64,000 bases of DNA from Gemmatimonadales bacterium (GCA_965249575.1 OZ252244.1:192001-256000), one strand, 5' to 3'. Shown: positions 21,492 to 31,004, counted from the first letter of the stretch. Program-made: numbers and translations. Notes: generated from the letters alone by a model not told the origin.

Positions 21492-22514
21492 TCACCCAAC
21501 CGCCACACCTTCTCCCTTCACGATCGTTCCAATCTCCCACGTCTCGATCCCCGCCCGTTTCGCGGTATTGGAGATCGACTTGACCGCGCGCCTGGGAGCC
21601 ACGGCGATCATCCCGATCCCCATGTTGAACACCCGGTACATCTCGTCGTCGCTCACGCTACCGGCCTCCTTCAGGAACTGAAACAGGGGAGGCACGGTCC
21701 AGCTCGATGGATCGACTTCGGCGCCGCACCCCGTGGGCAGCACGCGAGCGAGGTTTCCGGGGATGCCGCCCCCGGTGATGTGCGCGAGCGCCCGGACCTT
21801 GCCGAGTACCTGAGAGATCGCTGTCCAGTAACTCGTGTGGACGCCGAGAAGAAGGTCTCCCACCGTGGCGTCGAGCTCGAGCAGGAAGTTGTCGATCTCG
21901 AGGCCCAGGTGGTCGAACATGATCCGTCGGGCGAGCGTGTAGCCATTGGTGTGGAGCCCGCTCGAGGCATACCCGATCAGCACATCGCCGGGTTCCACCT
22001 GGTCCGTGGGAAGCGCCGCACCCTCCGACACGACACCGACGATGGTGCCCGCCAAGTCGTAGTGGCCCGGATGGTAGAGGTCCGGAAGCTGCGCGGTTTC
22101 GCCGCCCGTGAGGGTCATCTCGTGGGCGCGGCACGCGCGCGCTATCCCGTCGACCAGCGCCGACACGGTATCGGGATCGATCGCGGCTGCGGCGATGTAA
22201 TCGAGGAACGCCAATGGGCGCGCACCGTGGACGAGGATGTCGTTCACGCAGTGGTTGACGAGGTCCTCGCCAATCGTGTCGTGGCGGCCGGCGCGGATGG
22301 CGACCAGCACCTTCGTACCCACCCCGTCGGTGCTCGTAACCAGTGTGGGATCAGTCACGCCCGGGGGGACGCGTACCAAGCCCCCAAACCCGCCTACGGT
22401 CCCCCGAGCCAGCTTCGTGCGCGTGGACGCGACCGCTTGGGCAATCCGCGCCTTGGCGGCCTCGGCGGCCTCGAGATCGACGCCGGCGGCGCGGTACTTG
22501 TCAGCCGCCGGCAC
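21492..22514 (-). CDS. purM: Phosphoribosylformylglycinamidine cyclo-ligase
   Basis: YRAAGVD, TDGVGTK, GGETA, SSGLHTNG, FNMGIGM. Confidence 0.95.
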   Translation of the reverse strand: MPAADKYRAAGVDLEAAEAAKARIAQAVASTRTKLARGTVGGFGGLVRVPPGVTDPTLVTSTDGVGTKVLVAIRAGRHDTIGEDLVNHCVNDILVHGARPLAFLDYIAAAAIDPDTVSALVDGIARACRAHEMTLTGGETAQLPDLYHPGHYDLAGTIVGVVSEGAALPTDQVEPGDVLIGYASSGLHTNGYTLARRIMFDHLGLEIDNFLLELDATVGDLLLGVHTSYWTAISQVLGKVRALAHITGGGIPGNLARVLPTGCGAEVDPSSWTVPPLFQFLKEAGSVSDDEMYRVFNMGIGMIAVAPRRAVKSISNTAKRAGIETWEIGTIVKGEGVAVG

Positions 22515-23433
22515 GCTCGACGACCGGCTCGATATCGAAGCGCACCAGATCACCGAACTGCCTCGTGCGGGCAGTGACCTCCGCTGGGCCTATCTCGTCG
22601 AACCTGTTGACGGAGAATCGTTCGACCGCAAACGAGCCCATGGTCGACCCGAACACCATGGCCCGCCGCATGTTGTCGGGCGACGTGTCGTCGGTGCGAG
22701 CCAGGTGGCCCATGAACCCGCCGGCGAAGGCGTCGCCGGCGCCGGTGGGATCGAAGATCTCCTCTAAGGGATAGGCCGGCACGTAGAAGACGCTCTCGCG
22801 CTGCACGAGCACCGCGCCGTATTCCCCCTGCTTGATCACCGCCATGCTCGGCCCATGATCGAGGATCCACCTGGCCGAACGATAGATGTTCCAGTCGCCG
22901 GCCAGCTCGCGGGCCTCGCCATCGTTGACCATCACGATGTCGATGCGTCCGAACAGCTCGAGCAGCGCCTCGCGCTTGCTCTCGATCCAGAAGTTCATCG
23001 TGTCGCACGCGACGAGGGTCGGGGCCTTCACCTGATCCAGCACGCCGAGCTGCAGCTCGGGATCGATGTTACCGAGAAAGACGTACCGCGCCTTCCGAAA
23101 CTGCTCGGGAATCTTGGGCTCGAAATCGGCAAACACGCCGAGCCGCGTTTCGAGCGTGTCCCGTTTCTGGAGGTCGAAGGAGTACTTCCCCTTCCACCGG
23201 AAGCTCTCGCCGGGGGCGCGCGCCACACCGTGCAGGTCGACGCCCCGCTCGGCGAGGCGGGACAGATCGTCGAACGGATAGTCCTCGCCGACCACGCCCA
23301 CCATCTGGACCGGGTGCAGGTGGCTCGCGGCGGAGCTGAAGAACACCGCCGAGCCGCCGAGCGCATCCTCGGTCTTGCCGAACGGTGTCTCGACGGAATC
23401 GAGCGCGATGCTGCCGACAACGAGCAGGGCCAA
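22501..23433 (-). CDS. PfkB family carbohydrate/nucleoside kinase
   Basis: DPTGAGDAFAGG. Confidence 0.9.
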   Translation of the reverse strand: MALLVVGSIALDSVETPFGKTEDALGGSAVFFSSAASHLHPVQMVGVVGEDYPFDDLSRLAERGVDLHGVARAPGESFRWKGKYSFDLQKRDTLETRLGVFADFEPKIPEQFRKARYVFLGNIDPELQLGVLDQVKAPTLVACDTMNFWIESKREALLELFGRIDIVMVNDGEARELAGDWNIYRSARWILDHGPSMAVIKQGEYGAVLVQRESVFYVPAYPLEEIFDPTGAGDAFAGGFMGHLARTDDTSPDNMRRAMVFGSTMGSFAVERFSVNRFDEIGPAEVTARTRQFGDLVRFDIEPVVERAGG

Positions 23434-23435
23434 GG

Positions 23436-25067
23436 CTACATCCGTTCCGGGGCGGAGACCCCCAAGAGGTTCAGTCCATTCGCGAGCACGATCTGGACCG
23501 CGCGGGCCAGTACCAGCCGGGCACGCTCAACGGGCTCCGGCGCTCCCAGCACGCGGTGCCGATGATACCAGCGGTTCACGACTGCGGCCAACCCTTCCAG
23601 GTACGACGTGATCCGGTGCGGCTCCAGGTGTTCGGCCGCCTTGGAGACGATGCCCGGGTAGTCGGCCAGGCGGCGGAAGAGAGTTTGTTCTTCGTCCTCC
23701 GTCAGCACCGCGAGATCGACGCCCTCGACGTCCACGGCTTCGGGAGCCACGTTCGCGGTTCGGAAGATGCCCGCCATGCGCGTGTGGGCGTACTGGACGT
23801 AGTAAACCGGGTTCTCTTCCGACTGCCGGGTGGCGAGGTCGATGTCGAACACGAACTGCGACTCACTACGGCGCATGAGAAAGAAGTAGCGGGCGGCATC
23901 GACCCCGGTCTCCTCGAACAGATCGCGGAGGGTCACGAACTCACCGGAGCGTTTCGAGAACTTGACCTCTTGGCCGTGCCGCTCGATGCGGACGAGCTGC
24001 ACCAGCACCGCCTCGAAGAAGTCCTCCGGGAGTCCCAGGGCCCGCATCCCGGCCGACATCCGGGCCACGTAGCCGTGGTGGTCCGCGCCCCACACGTCGA
24101 TCGCCCGCTCGAACCCGCGCTCCGCTTTGGTTTGGTGGTAGGCGATATCCGGCATGAAGTAGGTGTACGTTCCGTCACTCTTTTTGAGCACCCGGTCTTT
24201 CGTGTCCCCAAGTGCCGCCGTTTTGAGCCACACCGCGCCGTCGAGCTCGTAGGTGTGGCCCCGCTTCGACAGCGCCTCGAGGGTCGACTCCACCAGCCGG
24301 CTGCTGTAGAGCGCGGTTTCGCTCGAGACCACGTCGAACGTGATGCCGAAGTCCGCCATGTCGCGGTTCTGTTGCTCGCGCTGGTCGCTGACGGCGGTCT
24401 CGCGGCAGCGCGACAGCGCCTCCGACTCGGCGAGGTCTGCAAACTCCCGGCCCTCCTCCTCGAGCATGCGTGTCGCCAGCTCCGTGAGGTACTCCCCGTG
24501 GTAGCCACCCTCGGGAACGGCCGCCTCCCGTCCCACTGCCTGTTGCACGCGTGCCCAGAGCGACTCAGCGAGCCGGTCAATCTGCACGCCCGCGTCGTTG
24601 ACATAGAACTCGCGTGCCACGTCGTGGCCGGTGGCGACCAGGAGCCGAGCGACGGTATCGCCGAGCGCCGCGCCCCGGCCGTGGCCCACGTGGAGGGGGC
24701 CGGTGGGATTGGCCGACACGAACTCGACGTTCACGCGCTTGCCGGCGCCGGTGCTGGATGTCCCGAACGCTTTTCCCAGAGATACGATCGAATGGATGAC
24801 GGCCGACACCTGCGGCTCGGCCAGCCAGAAGTTGATGAACCCGGGCCCCGCGACCTCGGTGCGAGAGACCACTTCGCCCGAGAGGGAGAGCTGTTCGACG
24901 ATCGCTTCGGCCACCTGGCGTGGCGGCCGTCGGAGGGGTTTGGCGAGCTTGAGCGCGAGGTTCGTGGCGAGGTCGCCGTGGCCCTCGTCGCGCGGCCGCT
25001 CGAGCACGAACTCCGTGTCCGGCGCTCCCAGCTGGGCGGCCGCCCGGTTCAGTGCCTCGCGGAGCAC
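23436..25067 (-). CDS. argS: Arginine--tRNA ligase
   Basis: EFVSANPTGPLHVGH, YVQYAH, C-terminal APERM. Confidence 0.96.
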   Translation of the reverse strand: MLREALNRAAAQLGAPDTEFVLERPRDEGHGDLATNLALKLAKPLRRPPRQVAEAIVEQLSLSGEVVSRTEVAGPGFINFWLAEPQVSAVIHSIVSLGKAFGTSSTGAGKRVNVEFVSANPTGPLHVGHGRGAALGDTVARLLVATGHDVAREFYVNDAGVQIDRLAESLWARVQQAVGREAAVPEGGYHGEYLTELATRMLEEEGREFADLAESEALSRCRETAVSDQREQQNRDMADFGITFDVVSSETALYSSRLVESTLEALSKRGHTYELDGAVWLKTAALGDTKDRVLKKSDGTYTYFMPDIAYHQTKAERGFERAIDVWGADHHGYVARMSAGMRALGLPEDFFEAVLVQLVRIERHGQEVKFSKRSGEFVTLRDLFEETGVDAARYFFLMRRSESQFVFDIDLATRQSEENPVYYVQYAHTRMAGIFRTANVAPEAVDVEGVDLAVLTEDEEQTLFRRLADYPGIVSKAAEHLEPHRITSYLEGLAAVVNRWYHRHRVLGAPEPVERARLVLARAVQIVLANGLNLLGVSAPERM

Positions 25068-25081
25068 CTCGGCGCCTCCGA

Positions 25082-25408
25082 TCAGGACTCGTCCCCGGAC
25101 TGCTTGGGGGCGGGCTTGTCGCTTTCCTTCTTAGTCGATTCCTTGGCGGGCTCTTTTTCCTTGCCTGACTTCTCGGCGGCCGGCTTCGGTTCCTTCTCGC
25201 CGTGCCTGCTCTTGTCTTTCTCCCCCGCCCGCTTGTAATCGGTGATGTAGAATCCGGAGCCCTTGAACACGAGGCCCGCCCCGCCCGAGATCAGCCGCTC
25301 TCCGGCCTTCCCGCACTCCGGGCATTTCGCCCGGGCTTGGTCGGTGATCTTCTGGATCTGCTCGTATTCGTGCCCACAGGACGGGCAGCGATACTCGTAT
25401 GTCGGCAT
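25082..25408 (-). CDS. FmdB family zinc-ribbon protein
   Basis: MPTYEYRCPSCG...CPECG...FKGSGFYITDY. Confidence 0.9.
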   Translation of the reverse strand: MPTYEYRCPSCGHEYEQIQKITDQARAKCPECGKAGERLISGGAGLVFKGSGFYITDYKRAGEKDKSRHGEKEPKPAAEKSGKEKEPAKESTKKESDKPAPKQSGDES

Positions 25409-25434
25409 CTGGTAAAGGCCCGTAATTGACGTAG

Positions 25435-25447
25435 AATCAGTAACTTA
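25435..25447 (+). promoter_or_regulatory. IHF-like binding site
   Basis: AATCAGTAACTTA fits WATCARNNNNTTR; ends 18 nt before the TSD. Confidence 0.45.
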
Positions 25448-25470
25448 GCTGGCCTTCAAACTGGGGTCAA
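25442..25470 (-). promoter_or_regulatory. Putative sigma70 promoter of the fmdB-argS operon
   Basis: Minus strand TTGACC-17 nt-TAAGTT, about 35 nt above the ATG at 25408. Confidence 0.55.
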
Positions 25471-25479
25471 GCTGAGGTG
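25466..25479 (+). repeat. 14-bp target-site duplication, left copy
   Basis: GTCAAGCTGAGGTG, identical to 27688-27701. Confidence 0.9.
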
Positions 25480-25796
25480 GGGTATAGAACAATGACCCCC
25501 CGTTTGGCACTCCTTCTCGCAGATTTGTGATATTGCTGTCCCGGGGATTCAGGATCCGATCATGACAGCAACCCGTTGGTAGTCCTGACTTGCCAAAGCG
25601 TGGGCTAGGTCCTTCAGTTCCGAGTCCCCTAGGGTGGTGAAGGACTCGACGATGCGACGCATTCCATCGTTGCTCCGCGAAGAACGAGAGGAGACGTGAG
25701 TTCTTTGGGCCCCCCATGGAGAGCGGCACTATTCCAAGAAGCGTGAAGAAGCAGAAAGGGGCGTCGGTATTTCTTCAGGCGCATCGACACGCTCTC

Positions 25797-27076
25797 TCAG
25801 AACGAATAGAGGTCAATACCCGCAACCCTCCAGCTAGCTCCGTAGAGGACGGTGGCCAAGAGTTCCGGCTTTGAGCCTAGCCCCTTCGCGTAGCAAATCC
25901 ACGCGACACGGGTAGAGAATCGTGACACGTCGCGACCTTCGACGGCATCGCATCCGAGGGGCACCCATGTGTCGTAACGTATGATCCGTCGCCTAAGTCG
26001 CTGACGATAGGAGTCGTCTATAAAGGTCTTGAGTCCGGGATCGATTTGGGCCGAGTCAGCTGCCGCTGAGATGTTCTGTAATAAGCGCTCGATCGCCTTC
26101 GGAGGGCTGGTCTCCGAAACCGGGCGTTGCAGCCGGTGCGGCGGCAGCAGGCCAGGCTCGAGGATTCCCGCGATGCTGGATGCCATCGCCTCGGGCAGCG
26201 ACTGTGCAACGATGACGGTGAGATCGAAATCCGGGTACCGTTGGATGGTCGTCTGAAAGCCGTCCGACGAACCGGAATGACCGATGCGGCGATACCCGCG
26301 TTGTCGCTTGAGGTGCCAACCAAAGCCGTAGGGGTACGTACCGCCACTGTTCAGGCGAACGGGGCTCCAGCTCGCGTCGAGGTCTGCACCGCTCAGCGGT
26401 CTACCATGGTTGAGGCCGATCCCCCACGACACCAGGTCGTGCACGGTGAGGAGAAGACAGCAGTCGGCTGTGGGATTACGGGACGCTACGTCCTGACTGC
26501 CGAGCGTGTCGTTCAGGTACGAGTAACCCGTTGCTCGATTCGGGTTGGAGCCAGATTCGGCCGTGACCGGGACTGCATGCACCCCAAGTGGCTTGAAGAT
26601 GTGCTTGCGCAGAAAGTCCGCGTAGGACGCACCGGTCACGCGGTGGACGATGGCGCCGAGAAGCACGTAGCCGGTGCTGCTGTAGCTCCACTGGTCTCCG
26701 GCGGCGAACTGCACGGGTTGCCCGGCGGCAAGTCCCACGAGTTCGTCCTCCGTGTAGCTGCGATCAGGGTCAAGCGTACGGCTGGAAACGCCCGACGTGT
26801 GCGTGAGAAGGTGGCGAAGCGTAATGCCCCGCCAAGTCGTGGTACCCTCGGGCAGGAAGCGCGTGATCGGATCGTCGAGCGAGAGGCGTCCTTGTTCGGA
26901 CAGCGTCACGACCGCCGCCGCGGTAAACGGTTTCGCCACGGAACCGGACTCGTACGCTGTGCTGTCGGTCGCGGGAACGTTGCCCTCGACATTTGAGTAG
27001 CCGTATCCCCGAGCCAGGAGGAGGCTGTCGCTGCGGAGCACAGCGACGGAGAGGCCGGGGATCCGATACCGATCGG
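25797..27076 (-). pseudogene. 5'-truncated beta-lactamase-family serine hydrolase
   Basis: Begins mid-domain at RYRIPGLSVAV; SVAK (SxxK), LLTHTSG, YSSTGY, GHSG; no signal peptide or RBS. Confidence 0.75.
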
Positions 27077-27398
27077 CACTCCGAGTTATATGGCTCCAGA
27101 GCAGGTTTCAGGGGATAGCGTGACAGACGCTGTAGATCAGTACGGGTTTGGCGTAGTGTTCTTTTATGCGGTCAGCGAGCGTCTGCCATTCGAGGACGAC
27201 AACCTTCAAAGGTTAATGCTGCAAAAGATATCTGCGATACCTCCGCCGTTGTCTAAATACGTCGCGACTTCCACGCCCGCGCTCGACGGGCTTCTTGCAA
27301 AGCTCCTCGCGAAACAACCCCAGAAGCGATTCCCTTCGATGCATGTCGTGGTGGACGAGTTGATGAACCTGTTGGGGCTGACGGGTCACGCGGTGTAG
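27072..27398 (+). pseudogene. C-terminal fragment of a Hanks-type Ser/Thr kinase
   Basis: IGTPSYMAPEQ...DQYGFG...LAKQPQKRF; subdomains I-VII missing. Confidence 0.8.
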
Positions 27399-27687
27399 GG
27401 TTCCTGGCTGTAACCTCGGCATTTTGACTACGCCGTTGACGTGGCAAAAGCTGCGGCAAGCGCAACGGCAACGTCGCGGCCATCGCTGGCGTGCACAACA
27501 ACGGCCGCAGCCATCCGCAAACGCCATCGGCGCCCATCACAAGTCTGCAAGGGGGATGAAGTCGAAATCCAGCTTGTATCTTCTCCCCAGAAGTGGATCA
27601 CGGTGAACCTGTCCCGACTGCACTCACGAAGCCATATCACAAATCTTACCGGGGGAGTGCCAAACGGGGGGTCATTGTTCTATACCC

Positions 27688-27701
27688 GTCAAGCTGAGGT
27701 G
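27688..27701 (+). repeat. 14-bp target-site duplication, right copy
   Basis: GTCAAGCTGAGGTG immediately after the right TIR. Confidence 0.9.
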
Positions 27702-27752
27702 GGGCTAAGAGATAAGGCCTTCTGGGACTTCACCTGCCGCAGATTTGTGATG
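27702..27752 (+). mobile_element. Left end of a second, related element
   Basis: Starts GGG right after the TSD and carries CGCAGATTTGTGAT at nearly the same offset (39 vs 41 nt) as the first TIR. Confidence 0.6.
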
Positions 27753-27920
27753 TCGGTGACGGCTCGCATCGGCCCGGCGCGCCGCCCGGGAATCCGAGCC
27801 GCGCGCGGATGAGTGCGTGGATTCACGCGGATAGCAAACCCATTGCAGGGTCTCGCAGACCTGATCGTTGAGCGGAGAGTCCTCGTGGAGGCCAGGGCTA
27901 CCGGGATCAAGGTCGGGCCG

Positions 27921-28082
27921 CTACTCATCCCCGGGGGCCGGGTACAGCCAGCCCCGGAACAGCGTGGTGAGATAGGGCATGGCAACCCACGTCATGAGCG
28001 GCACCAGGATCACCGCGGTGACGAACGTCCTCACCACGAACTCGGAGCCGATCGTGATGGGGACACCCGCAAGCTGTAGCGA
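27921..28082 (-). pseudogene. C-terminal fragment of an ABM-superfamily membrane protein
   Basis: Hand translation VRTFVTAVILVPLMTWVAMPYLTTLFRGWLYP*; no 5' part. Confidence 0.55.
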
Positions 28083-28629
28083 TGAGCAGGTCAGCAAACG
28101 GATGGTAGAGTGGGGTCCTGGGGGTGGTGCAAACGCGATCGTGTTTGCTCACGTTTTTGAAACCTTCTATGGCGTGGACATCTCGGACGCAAACCTGAAC
28201 GAATGCAGAAAGCAGTTGGAGATGCGTGGGTTCAAGGGTTTTGCCCCGGTTCTCATCAATGCCGAGAGTCCAGAGGAGGCCATGACTCAAATCGATGAGC
28301 CGTGTGACTTCTTCCTGTCCACCTCTGTCTTTCAGCACTTCCCCAGCAAGGGCTACGGTGCGAGAGTTCTGAGTATCGCCAGTGACATGCTGCGACCGGG
28401 AGCGATTGCATTAATTCAGATTAGATATGACGATCTCAGCCCCAGATTCAGACCGAGAAACAGGGACTACAATACCCATGCAATAGTCTTCACATCGTAC
28501 AAGTTACATGAATTCTGGAGTCTTGCTTCTGAAAAGGGATTCACACCTCATTTTATTAAACTTCGACCAGTCGAAAACTTCCTCGATGTGAACTATGCTT
28601 ACTTCTATCTGCGCAAGAAAGAAGTATGA
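27979..28629 (+). CDS. Class I SAM-dependent methyltransferase, probably 5'-truncated, AT-rich
   Basis: VEWGPGGGANA, YGVDIS, FLSTSVFQHFP, LRPGA. Confidence 0.7.
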   Translation: MATHVMSGTRITAVTNVLTTNSEPIVMGTPASCSDEQVSKRMVEWGPGGGANAIVFAHVFETFYGVDISDANLNECRKQLEMRGFKGFAPVLINAESPEEAMTQIDEPCDFFLSTSVFQHFPSKGYGARVLSIASDMLRPGAIALIQIRYDDLSPRFRPRNRDYNTHAIVFTSYKLHEFWSLASEKGFTPHFIKLRPVENFLDVNYAYFYLRKKEV

Positions 28630-28867
28630 CACGGCGCTGGAGGCAACTGAGAATATCTGTGTATTCCGGGTCAAGGTCGGGTCTTGTATTGCAGAACCAG
28701 TCTCGATGGTTCCGAAAGCTTCTGCGTCCAATCTGCTTCCCGTCTGGTTCTGAGTATAGGTACGGAGTCAATCCGCGATGTTATCCGCAAGAATGCGAAG
28801 GTAAAAAGCAGGCTGTCTAGGTGGACGGGAATAACCTGTAGGCCGTGGCGGTATTTGAAATAGCTTC

Positions 28868-29950
28868 TCAAGGTCTCGTTCGTCCTTGTTCATCAAAAAC
28901 ATTATTACGCTCGATTTCCAACAACTCAGACACGAGATGGAGTTTGTGAAACGTGTCGGCTAATTTCGAGACAGCCTGCATGAATTTCCTGTCGAACCAT
29001 CGGTCTGGCCAACGAGGTGGCCGAGACTCCCCCTCGCCTCTGGGAAAGCAGTATTTGACTTCGATCCTCAGCAGCGCCTCCAGGCGGTTGCTCTCTTTCC
29101 CGGTGTGAATGATGTGGGTCGGCGTCACGTGACGCCGTTGGAGCAGTCCGGTGGTGTCGTGGTCGCACGGGCGACCGTCGGGACCGGCACTCTTGGCTTC
29201 GGGATGGACGCGATACTGGGCGAGGTACTCACCGACGGTCTTGACCGCGGCGATGTTGGGAGCCGCCTCGCCACCAGTCGCAATGCGCACGCGGCGTTTC
29301 GAATCGATGTCCACCCACTCGGCGGCAAGCCACTCCCGCGGATCACGGGAGAAGGGACCCACGAAGCGGCAGCGGTCCGGATCGACGTCCTTGGGATGGC
29401 CGAGCGGCCGCACCTGCACGCCCAGCCCGAAGTTGAACGGCTTGAACTGATTGGGATAACCACCCTTGGGCCGTGTGCCTCGGACGAACCGCTTCAAGAC
29501 GTGCGGGCTCGAGAGACCAACCCGCGTCACCGCAGGCCGTGAGGCCCAGGGAAGCGGTGGGTCCGGCGCACGCCCGAGCATCTCCGCCACCCACCTCCGC
29601 GAGGTGTCAGCGATCCATCCCTCGTTGGGGTCGCGTTCCTCCTCCTCTTCATCATCAGGATCTTCCGGATCCTCGGGACTCAGGAGCAGCTTGAGACTGT
29701 GCTCCGAGCACTTCCGCATGACGAGCTCATCGTCTGATCCAATCGTGAACAGGCAGTACCGCTTGGCGGAGATGCCGAAGCCGTAGAGCTGCACCTGCTT
29801 CCCGTCAACGAAGTTCTCATCCTCAATCTTGAGAAACGTGCTCTTCACCTCTGAACCAAAGGGGTTGAGTGCCTCCAGTCGCTGAACGATGGCGCGGGCC
29901 TGCTTCCAGGAAAGCGCCTGGATGGCGTTCATGTCCTTCCGGGACGGCAA
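28868..29950 (-). pseudogene. Internal/C-terminal fragment of a casposon-type family B DNA polymerase, fused to unrelated sequence after about 29080
   Basis: LNPF, GISAKRYCLF (PolB KRY-type motif), KPFNF, HPEAKSAGPDGRPC..TTGLLQRRHV, GKESNRL; recognised from memory, not by search. Confidence 0.6.
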
Positions 29951-30044
29951 CTTCGAGATCTACGCGATGAACGCCGACGGCACGAACCCCGTGAACCTGA
30001 CCAACGAGCCCGCGCGAGACGGCTGCGCGGAGTGGCGGCCCTGA
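29922..30044 (+). pseudogene. C-terminal fragment of a TolB/PD40 repeat protein
   Basis: AFMSFRDGNFEIYAMNADGTNPVNLTNEPARDGCAEWRP*. Confidence 0.7.
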
Positions 30045-30147
30045 GTCATTGAACGCCGGCGGGTCGGAACCCGGTGAATCCGCTCAACGAAGCGGCTAAC
30101 GAGTGGTGGCATGCACCTGCTATCCGGACAGCCGCTCTAGCGTTGGG

Positions 30148-30519
30148 TTAGGCGGCGTTCGTCGACTTCGGTGGTGGCTCGCGGCGGAGCCACCACACGG
30201 TCCACAGAACCGCTAGGAAGATGAGCGGTCGCAAAACCTGTGCGCCCTCCGCATTGGCGATGTGAGTGTAGGAGGCTCCGATCATCAGGCCCGTAAGGCC
30301 GAGAATTGCGGCGCGTGTCAGCTTGGGAACTAGCAGACCGAGAGCTCCCGAGACCTCAACGACCCCTACGACGGTCGCGAACCATGGTGCGTATCCCCAG
30401 CCCTCGAACCTCTGCGTCGCGGCTCCGGTGAGTTTCCCGAGGACTGATAGGAGATAACCGGCCGCCAAGACAGCTACCAGGACCCAACTCGAAATCGTCT
30501 TCGCTCGCGATGCATTCAT
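30148..30519 (-). CDS. DoxX family membrane protein
   Basis: GKL....FEGWGYAPWF..VGVVEVSGALGLLVP..MIGASYTH. Confidence 0.85.
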   Translation of the reverse strand: MNASRAKTISSWVLVAVLAAGYLLSVLGKLTGAATQRFEGWGYAPWFATVVGVVEVSGALGLLVPKLTRAAILGLTGLMIGASYTHIANAEGAQVLRPLIFLAVLWTVWWLRREPPPKSTNAA

Positions 30520-30535
30520 TGATCACTCCCGTGGA

Positions 30536-30745
30536 CTATCGATCCCGTTCGGGACGGCGCCGATGCTCCGACCCCTCGAACACGCACGCTGCGTACCCGA
30601 GCACACGATCGCCACCCCTCAGCCCACTAGGCGTCGGCTGCCAGCCCCGCGCCAAGCGATCGTCCAACAGGTTTGCGGCTCTGGCTTGCGGTTCCAGACG
30701 GCGACCGCCGTCACGGAACCCAGTCAGGTGACATCGAAAGCGAGC
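30536..30745 (-). pseudogene. Decayed partial second copy of the candidate selenoprotein gene
   Basis: LAFDVT-TGA(30724-30726)-LGSVTAVAVWNRKP, then a frameshift, then LLDDRLARGWQPTPSGLRGGDRVLGYAACVF; 5' half missing. Confidence 0.8.
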
Positions 30746-31004
30746 ACGGAGAGCCAAACGGCCGAGAGGCTTCGCTGATGCCGGCTAGGTTCCGGATTTC
30801 GAACGACAAGTCATCAACTGACGTCTAAACTGCCATGCGAACCAGCCGAGTGCCACGCCCGAACGTCGCAATGCGGATATGGCGCCCAAGTGGCGCCCCC
30901 ACCAGTAGAATGGTGATATGGTGGCAATCGTCCCCATGCGGAGTGTGACCGTCGCGGGCGAGACCGGATCCCCCCCAAACAAACCGCGCGGCGTGTAGTG
31001 GTTC

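Larger units (their letters stand above)
25480..27687. mobile_element. Non-autonomous TIR element, probably casposon-derived (2208 bp)
   Basis: TIRs 25480-25533 and 27634-27687: 34 perfect bp GGGTATAGAACAATGACCCCCCGTTTGGCACTCC, 7 variable, then 13 identical AGATTTGTGATAT; flanked by a 14-bp direct repeat; no transposase inside. Confidence 0.8.

Noticed and set aside
23385..25238. Long plus-strand ORFs opposite argS, and similarly opposite selB, purM, metK and btuB
   Set aside because: Antisense shadows typical of high-GC coding DNA; no motifs.
25445..25729. ORFs 25445-25729 and 27441-27812 sharing ITNL..GVPNGGSLFYT
   Set aside because: The shared peptide is just the translated TIR, not a protein family.
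25466..27704. CRISPR repeats or prophage att sites
   Set aside because: Only two 14-17-bp copies 2.2 kb apart, abutting TIRs; no cas, integrase or tRNA gene seen. A TSD explains them better.
30094..30153. Integron attC site after the DoxX gene (GCCTAAC...GTTAGCC, 60 bp)
   Set aside because: Outer boxes fit but the inner L boxes do not pair, and no integron integrase or further sites were seen.
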